Shown in pieces: positions 25,904 through 35,572 of a stretch of 54,489 nucleotides of DNA. Source of the DNA: Clostridia bacterium (GTDB lineage Bacteria; Bacillota; Clostridia; Christensenellales; UBA1242). The DNA lies in contig JAZSJW010000024.1 of NCBI GenBank assembly GCA_045534555.1, positions 1-54,489 of the forward strand, written 5' to 3'. The notes below the pieces were generated by a model. That model saw only the letters and a program-made list of their open reading frames with translations. It did not search any database and was not told the origin of the DNA. The stretch's first letter is position 1. Each line of letters begins with the position of its first letter. Position numbers and translations under genes: made by a program.

Positions 25904-27427
25904 ATGTTAGCTGTTGTAAAAAGTTTTGGGCTAGTCGGGCTTTCGGGATATAAAGTAGATGTTGAGGTTGATGTTAATCTTGGAATGCCGCACTATGAGA
26001 TAGTTGGGTTGCCGGACACAGCAATTAAAGAGTCAAAAGAAAGAGTAAGGTCGGCAATAAAAAACTCGGGATTTCAGTTTCCATCAAATCGAATAATTGT
26101 TAATCTTGCTCCGGCAAGCAAGAAAAAAGAAGGGCCGGCTTTTGATTTAGCAATAGCAATTTCTATACTTTGTGCGACTAGCCAATTGGAAATATCAAAG
26201 GTAAAACAATTCTTATATATTGGAGAATTGGGATTGAATGGTGGATTAAAATCTGTTAATGGAGTTTTGCCAATTTTGATTTCTGCAAAAGAGGCGGGTT
26301 ACACAAAATTTATTATTCCTGAGCAGAATATGCAAGAGGCTAGTTTTATTGATGGCATCGAAGTATACACTTTTAATGATTTGAAAAATGTAGTTGCTTT
26401 TTTGAAAGGGGAAAATGTTGTTCTTCCATTAGAAAAGAAAATTTGGAAAGGTGAACAATCAAACTCAAGTGAAGATTTTGCAAGAGTAAAGGGTCAAGTT
26501 GTTGCAAAAAGGGCTATGGAGATAGCTGTGTCTGGAGGACATAATATTTTAATGGTTGGCCCTCCGGGTAGTGGTAAAACAATGCTTGCACATTGTGTAC
26601 CATCAATTTTACCGAATTTAACTTTTGACGAAGCTTTGGAGATTACTAAGATACACAGTGTGGCTGGTGTTCTTGATTTGTCTAAAGGTGTTGTGACAAC
26701 AAGGCCTTTTAGATCACCTCATCATACAGCATCAAAAGTTGCCTTAACTGGTGGTGGAAAAGATGCTAAACCTGGTGAAATTAGTTTGGCGCACAATGGT
26801 GTATTGTTTTTAGATGAAATGCCGGAGTACAACAGGGATTTATTAGAGACCTTAAGACAACCTTTGGAAGATGGGTATATAACAGTATCTAGGGCATCAG
26901 GAACGGTTGAATATCCCTCAAACTTTATTTTAGTTGCAAGTATGAACCCTTGTCCTTGTGGTAACTATGGTTCAAAGGATTTACTATGTGCTTGTTCTCC
27001 TTCGCAAATACAAAGATATATGAAAAAAATATCAGGTCCTTTGTTGGATAGGATAGATTTAAAGATAGATGTTGATAGAGTTAATTTTGTGGACTTAAAT
27101 AATGAGGAACTTGAAGAAAGTAGTGAAGAGGTAAAAAAGAGGGTTGATAGGGCGAGAAAAATTCAACTTGAAAGATTTAAAGATGATAATATATATTGTA
27201 ATGCGAAAATGTCGTCTAAGCATATAAAGAAATATTGTAAAATAGATGAAGATAGTTCCTTTGTATTAGAGCAAGCATTTGAAAAGTTTAAAATGTCCGC
27301 AAGGGGATATAATAGGTTATTAAAAGTTGCTAGAACTATTGCGGATTTAGATGACAGTTTGGAAATAAAATTAGAGCATGTTATTGAGGCTATTAATTAT
27401 AGGAGTATAGAAAAGGTTTTATTGTGA
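25904..27427 (+). CDS. comM: YifB/ComM family Mg-chelatase-like AAA+ ATPase
   Basis: VGLPDTAIKESKERVRSA, NLAPA, Walker A GPPGSGKT, RPFRSPHH, PGEISLAHNGVLFLDE, MNPCPCG. Confidence 0.96.
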   Translation: MLAVVKSFGLVGLSGYKVDVEVDVNLGMPHYEIVGLPDTAIKESKERVRSAIKNSGFQFPSNRIIVNLAPASKKKEGPAFDLAIAISILCATSQLEISKVKQFLYIGELGLNGGLKSVNGVLPILISAKEAGYTKFIIPEQNMQEASFIDGIEVYTFNDLKNVVAFLKGENVVLPLEKKIWKGEQSNSSEDFARVKGQVVAKRAMEIAVSGGHNILMVGPPGSGKTMLAHCVPSILPNLTFDEALEITKIHSVAGVLDLSKGVVTTRPFRSPHHTASKVALTGGGKDAKPGEISLAHNGVLFLDEMPEYNRDLLETLRQPLEDGYITVSRASGTVEYPSNFILVASMNPCPCGNYGSKDLLCACSPSQIQRYMKKISGPLLDRIDLKIDVDRVNFVDLNNEELEESSEEVKKRVDRARKIQLERFKDDNIYCNAKMSSKHIKKYCKIDEDSSFVLEQAFEKFKMSARGYNRLLKVARTIADLDDSLEIKLEHVIEAINYRSIEKVLL

Positions 27428-28512
27428 TGAAGGAAAAGGATTTGTTTTTACTTTATCTTGATAGTATTGCTGTTTCATACAAAGCGATGGTTTTCTTGAT
27501 TGAGAAATATGATAAAGTAAAAGACTTAAATGAGTTAATAAAGAAAGAAGATGAAATTTTAAAAGTTGTAAGTGAAAAACATTTTAATTTAATAAAAAGT
27601 GCAATTTTGTCAAAAAAACATGTAAAAAGTGCTGAAATTCTTGAAAAATACAATATAAAAGCTGTTTTTTATTATAATAATGATTATCCAAAAAGTTTGT
27701 TGAATTTAACAAATAAACCATTAATTTTATATTATAAAGGTGATAAAACTTTATTAAATAAAAACTCTATTGCAATAGTAGGAACAAGAAAACCAACAAA
27801 TTATGGAAGAGAGGTTACTAAACATTTTTCTAGCAAATTATCAAAAGCGGGTTTAGTTACTGTATCAGGTTTAGCTTATGGACTAGATATGGAAGTTGCA
27901 CAATCAACTTTAAATGTCAAAGGAAAAACAATAGCTGTTTTAGGTGGTGGATTAGATAAAATTTATCCATCACAAAATACTTTTTTAGCAGAACAGATTG
28001 TGAACTCTGGAGGGTTACTTTTAAGTTTATATCCGCCACATAGGTCTCCGACAAAATATTCTTTTTTAGAAAGAAACAGAATTATAAGTGGTCTTAGTTT
28101 GGGTACTATAATAATTGAAGCGGGAGAAAGTTCAGGAACACTTAACACTGCTAGTCATACTATTGAACAAGGAAGAGAATTGTTTGTTGTACCAGCAAAT
28201 ATTTTTTCAGAAGCTAGCAAAGGATCAAACAGGCTTATAGAGGAGTTACCAGAAACATTTACTGTTAGTCCTGAAAGGGTTTTAAAAGTTCTTAATATAT
28301 CTAATAATAATGATACTGGATATAGTAAAAAAGAAGCATCTATTTCAGAGGAAATGAAAGTGATTGTTAATTTGCTTTATGAAGGCGAAAAGGATTTTGA
28401 AACCATACTTGAACAAACAAAATTCAATTCAAAATCTTTAATAAGTTTGTTGACAATGATGGAAATAAATGGTTTAATAAAAAAACTGCCGGGCAATTTT
28501 TATTCGCTTTAG
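27424..28512 (+). CDS. dprA: DNA-processing protein DprA
   Basis: IAIVGTRKPTNYG, VSGLAYGLD, TIAVLGGG, RNRIISGLS, IEAGESSGT; C-terminal winged helix. Confidence 0.97.
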   Translation: MMKEKDLFLLYLDSIAVSYKAMVFLIEKYDKVKDLNELIKKEDEILKVVSEKHFNLIKSAILSKKHVKSAEILEKYNIKAVFYYNNDYPKSLLNLTNKPLILYYKGDKTLLNKNSIAIVGTRKPTNYGREVTKHFSSKLSKAGLVTVSGLAYGLDMEVAQSTLNVKGKTIAVLGGGLDKIYPSQNTFLAEQIVNSGGLLLSLYPPHRSPTKYSFLERNRIISGLSLGTIIIEAGESSGTLNTASHTIEQGRELFVVPANIFSEASKGSNRLIEELPETFTVSPERVLKVLNISNNNDTGYSKKEASISEEMKVIVNLLYEGEKDFETILEQTKFNSKSLISLLTMMEINGLIKKLPGNFYSL

Positions 28513-28546
28513 GTGGTAATAATGTAAAATGAATTAAGGAGCTAAT

Positions 28547-30658
28547 ATGAAATTAGTACTTATTGAGGGTATTGGTAAACAGCCTAGTGTCCAGAAATAT
28601 TTAGGTGAAGGATATAAAGTTGTTCCAACATTTGGTCACGTAAGAGATTTACCTGTAAAAGGATTGGGAATTAATTTACTTAAAAATTTTGAACCAGAAT
28701 ATGTTATATCTGCTGACAAGAAAAAAGTCGTGAATGATATCGTTAATGCTTATAAAAAAGCTGACGGTGTTTTAATCGCAACTGACCCTGACCGTGAAGG
28801 TGAGGCTATTGCGTGGCATATATGTGAAATTTTAGGGATTGATAAAACAAGTAATTGTAGAATAGCTTTTAACCAAATTGAAAAAAATGCGGTTCAAGAA
28901 GCTTCAAAACATCCAAGACCAATTGATCAAAATTTAGTAGATGCACAACAAGCGAGAAGAGTTCTTGACAGGCTTGTTGGTTATAAGGTTAGCCCAATTC
29001 TTTGTAAAAAGATACAGGCAAACATGAGTGCAGGAAGAGTTCAGTCTGTAACATTAAGATTAGTTGTTGAAAGAGATAGGGAGATTGAAAACTTTAAGCC
29101 TGAAGAGTATTGGACTTTGACAGCAACACTTACAAAAGAAGGCAACGATAAACTTATTATTAAAAGTAGTTTAGTTGACGGAAAAGATAAAAAGATAAAA
29201 ACAAAAGAACAGATGGACGAAATTCTTTCTAAAATAGAAGAAGGGAAATTTGTTGTAACTAACGTAAAAAAATCTATAACAAGTTCACACCCAAGTGCTC
29301 CATTTACAACAAGTACTATGCAAAAAGAAGCAGGAAATAAGCTTGGTATGAGTTTAAAAGTAATTACCGCAACCGCACAAAAACTTTATGAAGGTGCAGA
29401 TTTAGTTGGTGGAGGAAAACTTGCTTTAGTAACTTACATTCGTACAGACTCTGTTCGTGTTGCTCCTGAAGCACAAGCGATGGCAAAAGACTATATTATG
29501 AATAAGTATGGTGAAAAATATTTGCCAAAACAAACAAGAGTATATAAGAACAAGAAAGACGTTCAAGATGCACACGAAGCTATTCGTCCAATTAGTTTAT
29601 TAAACACTCCAGAAAAAATGAAAGACCAAATTGGTAAAAACGAGTATAAATTATATAAGCTTATTTATGAAAGATTTTTAGCTAGTCAAATGGCTGATGC
29701 AACATATAATAGCTTAAGTGTAGATATAGATAATTCAGGATATAAATTTAAAACAACTGGTCGTTCAGTGATTTTTGATGGTTATACAGCACTTTATAAT
29801 AATATGGTTGAAGATGATGAAGATGAAAACAGTAAGCTTCCAGACATGAATGAGGGTGATGTATTAGAAAAGAAAGAATTAAATCCAGAACAAAAATTTA
29901 CAAAGCCGCCAGCAAGATTTACAGAATCAAGCTTAGTTGATGCTATGGAAAATAAAGGTATTGGAAGACCTGCAACTTACAACCAAACAGTTAGTGTTCT
30001 TTACAATAGAAATTATATTGAAAAAGACAAAGGCAAAGCGATTAAGTCAACAGAACTAGGTAGAGTTGCTGTAGATTATCTTGTTAAACACTTTGAAAAT
30101 ATTATGGACGTTGGTTTCACTGCTGATATGGAAGATAAACTTGATGACATTGAACTTGGGGATACAGATTGGCAGCAAGTTATAGCTAAATTTTATGAAG
30201 GATTTCAAAAAGAATTAAAAGCTGCTCTTGTTAATGGGGAAAAGAGTAAAGTTCCTGATGAAGAGAGTGATGAAATTTGTGAGAAGTGTGGTAGCAAGAT
30301 GGTTATCAGAATTGGTAAATTCGGTAAATTTCTTGCATGTCCAAACTTTCCAACCTGCAAAAATACAAGAAATTTAGATGTGGATAATCAAGTCGTTGGA
30401 ACGTGTCCTAAGTGTGGTAAGAGTATAAAAAAATTAAAATCAAAAAACGGAAAGATTTTCTATGGTTGTGAAGGATATCCAGATTGTGATTATGTATCAT
30501 GGGATATTCCTGCTAATGAAGATTGTCCAAATTGTAAGCAAGATATGATTGTGAAAATATATTCAACTAAAAAAGTTATTTCTTGCAAAAAATGTGGTTT
30601 TTCAAGATCTGAAAAAATTGAAAAGGTAAAAGCGGAAAGTAATGAACAAAAAGATTAG
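28547..30658 (+). CDS. topA: DNA topoisomerase I
   Basis: GHVRDLP, ATDPDREGEAIAWH, SAGRVQS, catalytic TYIRTDS, QDAHEAIRP, GIGRPAT; C-terminal Cys4 ribbons. Confidence 0.98.
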   Translation: MKLVLIEGIGKQPSVQKYLGEGYKVVPTFGHVRDLPVKGLGINLLKNFEPEYVISADKKKVVNDIVNAYKKADGVLIATDPDREGEAIAWHICEILGIDKTSNCRIAFNQIEKNAVQEASKHPRPIDQNLVDAQQARRVLDRLVGYKVSPILCKKIQANMSAGRVQSVTLRLVVERDREIENFKPEEYWTLTATLTKEGNDKLIIKSSLVDGKDKKIKTKEQMDEILSKIEEGKFVVTNVKKSITSSHPSAPFTTSTMQKEAGNKLGMSLKVITATAQKLYEGADLVGGGKLALVTYIRTDSVRVAPEAQAMAKDYIMNKYGEKYLPKQTRVYKNKKDVQDAHEAIRPISLLNTPEKMKDQIGKNEYKLYKLIYERFLASQMADATYNSLSVDIDNSGYKFKTTGRSVIFDGYTALYNNMVEDDEDENSKLPDMNEGDVLEKKELNPEQKFTKPPARFTESSLVDAMENKGIGRPATYNQTVSVLYNRNYIEKDKGKAIKSTELGRVAVDYLVKHFENIMDVGFTADMEDKLDDIELGDTDWQQVIAKFYEGFQKELKAALVNGEKSKVPDEESDEICEKCGSKMVIRIGKFGKFLACPNFPTCKNTRNLDVDNQVVGTCPKCGKSIKKLKSKNGKIFYGCEGYPDCDYVSWDIPANEDCPNCKQDMIVKIYSTKKVISCKKCGFSRSEKIEKVKAESNEQKD

Positions 30659-31952
30659 AGTTATAGGAGGAGGCCTTGCGGGATGCGAGGCTTCTTATCA
30701 ATTGGCGAAACGTGGGTATTTGGTAGATTTATATGAAATGAAACCAAATAATTTTTCTCCTGCACATCATAACAAAAATCTGGCGGAAGTTGTATGTTCA
30801 AATTCTTTTAAAAGCACACTTCTATCAACTGCATCAGGGGTTTTAAAAGAAGAACTCAAAAATCTAGATTGTTTGTTATTACGAGTTGCGGAAGAATGCT
30901 GTGTTCCTGCGGGCTCTGCTTTGGCTGTTGATAGAGAAAAATTTAGTGAAGCTGTTACAAAAGCTCTTGAAAAATTTGACAATATCAATATAATAAGAGA
31001 AGAGGTTGAAAAAATTGATACTTCAGTTCCTACAATTATTGCGACAGGACCTCTTACAAGTGATAAACTTTCTCAAGAAATTAAAAAGTTGTTAAATGAG
31101 GACGGCTTATATTTCTTTGATGCTTCAGCACCTATAGTTGATGCATCAAGCATTGATTTATCTAAAACCTTTACTACATCAAGATATCAAAAAGGTGAAA
31201 GTGATTATATTAACTGTCCCATGAACAGAGATGAGTATTATAATTTTATAGAGGCTTTAGAGGCGGCGGAAAGAGTTAATCTTCATGATTTTGAAGGGGT
31301 AGAAGTTTTTGAGGGGTGTATGCCGGTTGAAGTGATGGCTTCTAGAGGAAAAGATACTCTTCGTTTTGGTCCACTTCGTCCTGTAGGATTATTAGATAGT
31401 GATGGTAAAAGGCCATTTGCTGTTGTTCAACTTAGACGAGAAAACTTAGAAGGTGAAATGTACAATTTGGTTGGTTTTCAAACAAATCTAACATTTCCTG
31501 AGCAAAAAAGAGTTTTTTCTATGATACCAGCTCTTGCAAATGCGGAATTTATCAAGTATGGTGTAATGCATAGAAATACATATATAAATTCACCAAAACA
31601 CTTAAATGCGGATTTTTCAATGAAAAAGCACAAAAATATATTCTTTGCTGGTCAAATTTCTGGTGTGGAAGGTTATGTTGAAAGCATAATGAGTGGATTA
31701 ATAGCTGGTATTAGTTTATCTAGAATGTTAGAGAGTAAAGAAAAAATTATTTTTAATAATTTGACTATTACTGGTGCATTATGTAATTATATAAGTAGTG
31801 AAAACATAGATTTTCAACCAATGAATGCTAATTTCGGAATTCTATCGCCATTAGAAGAGATTATTAAAGATAAACAAAAACGTAAAGAAGCATATGGTGA
31901 AAGAGCAATAAATGAAATACTAAAAATAAAGGAGACTATAGATGGAAATTAG
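30642..31952 (+). CDS. trmFO: tRNA (uracil-54) methyltransferase TrmFO/Gid
   Basis: GGGLAGCEA, EVVCSNS, ATGPLTS, FEGCMPVE, VGFQTNL, YGVMHRNTY, GVEGYVES. Confidence 0.98.
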   Translation: MNKKIRVIGGGLAGCEASYQLAKRGYLVDLYEMKPNNFSPAHHNKNLAEVVCSNSFKSTLLSTASGVLKEELKNLDCLLLRVAEECCVPAGSALAVDREKFSEAVTKALEKFDNINIIREEVEKIDTSVPTIIATGPLTSDKLSQEIKKLLNEDGLYFFDASAPIVDASSIDLSKTFTTSRYQKGESDYINCPMNRDEYYNFIEALEAAERVNLHDFEGVEVFEGCMPVEVMASRGKDTLRFGPLRPVGLLDSDGKRPFAVVQLRRENLEGEMYNLVGFQTNLTFPEQKRVFSMIPALANAEFIKYGVMHRNTYINSPKHLNADFSMKKHKNIFFAGQISGVEGYVESIMSGLIAGISLSRMLESKEKIIFNNLTITGALCNYISSENIDFQPMNANFGILSPLEEIIKDKQKRKEAYGERAINEILKIKETIDGN

Positions 31953-32475
31953 AGGAACAACCATTATTGGTGTTGAGAAAGATGGAAAAAGAGTAATTGC
32001 TGGTGATGGTCAGGCAACTCTTGGTGAACATGTAATTTTTAAAGCTCACACAAAAAAGGTTAGAAGAATTTATAATGATCAAGTAATTGTTGGGTGTGCT
32101 GGTTCTACAGCAGATGCTTTTTACTTGATGGAAAAGTTTGAAAAGTTTTTAAAAAAGTATGCGGGTAATTTAACTAGAGCCTCTGTTGAACTTGCTCAAG
32201 AATGGAGAAGTGATCAAGGCGCAAGAAAGCTTGATACAATGCTTATTGTTGCAGATAAAGACAATATGTATGTTATAACAGGTGTTGGTGATGTTATGGA
32301 ACCAGATGATGGTATTTGTGCTGTTGGTTCGGGGTCAAGTTTTGCTATTGCAGCAGGACGAGCATTAAAAGAAAATACCCAAATGAGTGCTAGAGAAATT
32401 GCAGAAAAAGCTATGGATATTGCAAGTGATTATTGTATTTATACAAATAAGAACTTTGTAATAGAGGAGGTGTAG
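31942..32475 (+). CDS. hslV: ATP-dependent protease subunit HslV
   Basis: N-terminal TTI, AGDGQAT, GSTADA, VGSGS, CIYTN. Confidence 0.97.
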   Translation: MEIRGTTIIGVEKDGKRVIAGDGQATLGEHVIFKAHTKKVRRIYNDQVIVGCAGSTADAFYLMEKFEKFLKKYAGNLTRASVELAQEWRSDQGARKLDTMLIVADKDNMYVITGVGDVMEPDDGICAVGSGSSFAIAAGRALKENTQMSAREIAEKAMDIASDYCIYTNKNFVIEEV

Positions 32476-32476
32476 T

Positions 32477-33787
32477 ATGGAACTTACCCCAAAACAAATA
32501 GTAACAGAGTTGGATAGATTTATTGTTGGGCAAGCAGAGGCAAAGAAGGCTGTTGCAATTGCTCTTCGTAATAGATATAGAAGAAGTCAACTTCCAAAAG
32601 AACTGAGAGATGAGATTACTCCAAAGAATATAATTATGAAGGGTCCAACAGGTGTTGGTAAAACAGAAATTGCAAGAAGACTTGCAAAATTAGTAAAAGC
32701 ACCTTTCGTTAAAGTTGAAGCGACTAAGTTTACTGAAGTTGGTTATGTTGGAAGAGATGTTGAGTCAATGATTAGAGACTTAGTCGAAGCATCAATTCAT
32801 CTTGTTAAGGCTGAAAGGGTTGCGGAAGTTAAAGAAAAAGCAGAAGATGCGGCATTTTCTAGACTTGCAACACATATGTATGCAGGCAAAAGAGATTTAT
32901 ATGTTGGTAAGACTGATGAAGAAATTCGTGATTTAATTAAAAAAGAACTTTCAGGAAACAGATTTGATAATGATATGGTAGAGGTTGATGTTCAAGAAGA
33001 ACCTAAATCTATGCCGTTAATGCCAGGAATGGAAATTAATCTTGGTGATATGTTTGGTAACATGATGCCAAAGAAAAGAAAAAGAAAAACAATGAAAGTT
33101 TCTGATGCTAAGAGAATATTTATCGCAGAAGAAAGTGACCGTTTAATAGATATGGATAATGTTAACTCAGAAGCTTTAATGAGGGCGGAACAGAACGGTA
33201 TTATCTTTATTGACGAGATTGATAAGATTGCAGGAAAAAGTGGTGGAAGAGGATCTTCTCCTGATGTTTCAAGAGAGGGTGTACAAAGAGATATTCTTCC
33301 AATTGTTGAGGGTTCAACGGTTTCAACAAAATATGGACCAATAAAAACTGATTATATATTATTTATTGCAGCTGGTGCTTTCCATATTTCAAAAGTTGAA
33401 GATTTAATTCCTGAGCTTCAAGGAAGATTTCCTGTAATAGTAGAACTTAATAGTTTAGGATATGAGGATTTTGTAAACATTTTAAAAAATACAGAAAATT
33501 CTCAAATCATTCAATATAAAAGTCTTTTAAAAGTAGATAATATTAATTTAGTAGTAAAAGAAGATGCGATGGAAGAGATTGCTAGAGTTGCTGCATATGA
33601 GAATGAGGCTAGTGAAAATATTGGTGCAAGAAGACTACATACAATACTCGAAAAAATACTAGAAGATATTTCATTTAACGCAACAGGAGATCATCCTGAA
33701 ATTACAGTTAATATTGATAAGAAGTATGTTCAAGAACATTTAGCAGATGTTTTAAAGCAATTAGATTTAAGAAAATACATTATTTAA
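32477..33787 (+). CDS. hslU: ATP-dependent protease ATPase subunit HslU
   Basis: GPTGVGKTEIARRLA, GYVGRDVES, FIDEIDK, SREGVQRD, PELQGRFP, NIGARRL. Confidence 0.98.
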   Translation: MELTPKQIVTELDRFIVGQAEAKKAVAIALRNRYRRSQLPKELRDEITPKNIIMKGPTGVGKTEIARRLAKLVKAPFVKVEATKFTEVGYVGRDVESMIRDLVEASIHLVKAERVAEVKEKAEDAAFSRLATHMYAGKRDLYVGKTDEEIRDLIKKELSGNRFDNDMVEVDVQEEPKSMPLMPGMEINLGDMFGNMMPKKRKRKTMKVSDAKRIFIAEESDRLIDMDNVNSEALMRAEQNGIIFIDEIDKIAGKSGGRGSSPDVSREGVQRDILPIVEGSTVSTKYGPIKTDYILFIAAGAFHISKVEDLIPELQGRFPVIVELNSLGYEDFVNILKNTENSQIIQYKSLLKVDNINLVVKEDAMEEIARVAAYENEASENIGARRLHTILEKILEDISFNATGDHPEITVNIDKKYVQEHLADVLKQLDLRKYII

Positions 33788-33801
33788 CGAAGGTAGAAAT
33801 T

Positions 33802-35094
33802 ATGATAAATAGACCAAAAGGTACAAAAGACATTGTTCCAAATGAGATTTTTGAATGGGAACATATTGATATATATGCAAAAAGTGCATTAAAAAAACAT
33901 GGGTTTAAAGAAATTAGAACACCTGTTTTTGAGCATACAGAACTTTTTGTGCGTGGTGTTGGTGAAGGTAGTGATATTGTTAATAAGGAAATGTACACTT
34001 TTAATGATAAAGGTGATAGAAGTATAACTCTTAAGCCCGAAGGAACAGCTTCAATTGTTCGTGCCTTAATTGAAAATGGATTAGATAATGAGGCGATGCC
34101 ACAAAAGTTATTTATGTTTACTCCATGCTTTAGGTATGAAAGGCCACAGGCTGGAAGACTTCGTGAACACCATCAATATTCTATTGAGGCTTTTGGGTCA
34201 GAATTTCCAGTTATGGAACTTGAAGTTATAAGTGTTGTTAAAACTCTTTTTGACTCTTTAAAGTTTAGTAATTATATGTTAAACATTAATTCTATTGGTT
34301 GCCCTGAGTGTAGAAAAAGTTATATTGAAGCACTAAAAAAATATTATTCTAAAAATATTGATAATATGTGTGAGGACTGTAAGGTTCGTTTTGAAAAAAA
34401 TGCCTTAAGAATTCTAGATTGCAAAGAAGAAAGATGTGCTCATTATAAAGAGAATGCACCAAAACCAAGAGAATATTTGTGTGAAGCATGTAAAAATCAT
34501 TTTAACAATTTAAAAGAACTTCTAGATGCAAGTGGTATACAATATAAAGTTAATGATAATCTTGTTAGAGGGATTGATTATTATTCACGCACAGTTTTTG
34601 AATTTTTAACAAATGAAAACGGTGCACTTGGAACTATTTGTGCTGGCGGTAGATATGATGGTTTGGTGAAAGAGCTTGGAGGAAAGGATTTACCGGGAGT
34701 TGGAGTTGGTATTGGAGTGGAAAGACTTTTGTCTTTACTTAAGAAAAACAATATTGATTTAGGCGAAGAGAGGAAATTAGATTTATATATTGCTAATGCT
34801 TCACAAAATGAGTTCTTATACGTTGTATCTCTTGCACAAAAATTAAGAAGATTAGGTGTTTTGGTTGAAATTGACACAATGAATAGAAGTTTAAAAGCTC
34901 AAATGAAATATGCTAATAAACTAGGTACAAAAAGAGTGGTTATTATTGGTGATGAAGAGATTAAAACAGGAAAAGCAATAATAAAAGATATGCAGTATGG
35001 TTTTGAAAAAGAAATTAATTTGAACAAAGAAGATGGCTTAAAACAAATGTCTGAATATGCAATACACGATCATTTATTTTATGAATTTAAGTAG
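33802..35094 (+). CDS. hisS: Histidine--tRNA ligase
   Basis: PKGTKD, KEMYTF, PEGTAS, FRYERPQAGR, LVRGIDYY, AGGRYDGL. Confidence 0.98.
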   Translation: MINRPKGTKDIVPNEIFEWEHIDIYAKSALKKHGFKEIRTPVFEHTELFVRGVGEGSDIVNKEMYTFNDKGDRSITLKPEGTASIVRALIENGLDNEAMPQKLFMFTPCFRYERPQAGRLREHHQYSIEAFGSEFPVMELEVISVVKTLFDSLKFSNYMLNINSIGCPECRKSYIEALKKYYSKNIDNMCEDCKVRFEKNALRILDCKEERCAHYKENAPKPREYLCEACKNHFNNLKELLDASGIQYKVNDNLVRGIDYYSRTVFEFLTNENGALGTICAGGRYDGLVKELGGKDLPGVGVGIGVERLLSLLKKNNIDLGEERKLDLYIANASQNEFLYVVSLAQKLRRLGVLVEIDTMNRSLKAQMKYANKLGTKRVVIIGDEEIKTGKAIIKDMQYGFEKEINLNKEDGLKQMSEYAIHDHLFYEFK

Positions 35095-35102
35095 GAGTAT
35101 TT

Positions 35103-35414
35103 ATGGAAAATTTAACAAGTAATAATTTTAATGAATTAAGAAACAAAAAACTTGTGTTCGTTGACTTTTGGGCAGGTTGGTGTGGACCATGTATGGCTTT
35201 GGCTCCGCTTTACGAAAATGTGAGCAAAAAATATCAAGAAAGAGCAGAATTTATGAAGTGTAATGTTGATGAAGAGCAAGAATTAGCTGTGCATTATGGA
35301 ATAATGAGCATTCCTTGTATTTTAGTATTTGTTAACGGTGAAGTTAAAGATAAGCTTGTTGGATTAACAAATGAAAATCTTTTAACTAATTTTATAGAAA
35401 AACAACTTAATTAA
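35103..35414 (+). CDS. trxA: Thioredoxin
   Basis: VDFWAGWCGPC active site; IMSIP. Confidence 0.96.
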   Translation: MENLTSNNFNELRNKKLVFVDFWAGWCGPCMALAPLYENVSKKYQERAEFMKCNVDEEQELAVHYGIMSIPCILVFVNGEVKDKLVGLTNENLLTNFIEKQLN

Positions 35415-35424
35415 GAAAAATAGT

Positions 35425-35493
35425 AAAAAGCGCAAAAAATCAAAAATGTTCATTGGTTGAAATGTGACATTTGAATATTTTTTGCGTTTTTTT
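35425..35493 (+). terminator. Long imperfect hairpin/terminator after trxA
   Basis: AAAAAGCGCAAAAAAT...ATTTTTTGCGTTTTT outer stem with inner AAATGT(T)CA/TGACATTT stem and a T-tail. Confidence 0.6.
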
Positions 35494-35505
35494 ATTGTGA
35501 GGCTA

Positions 35506-35534
35506 TTGACTAAGTGGAAATCCTATGATAAACT
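35506..35534 (+). promoter_or_regulatory. SigA-type promoter of iscS
   Basis: TTGACT-N17-TAAACT with a TG extended -10. Confidence 0.7.
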
Positions 35535-35572
35535 AAGTTTAGTATAAAAGTTTCTTTTTAAGGAGATTACTT

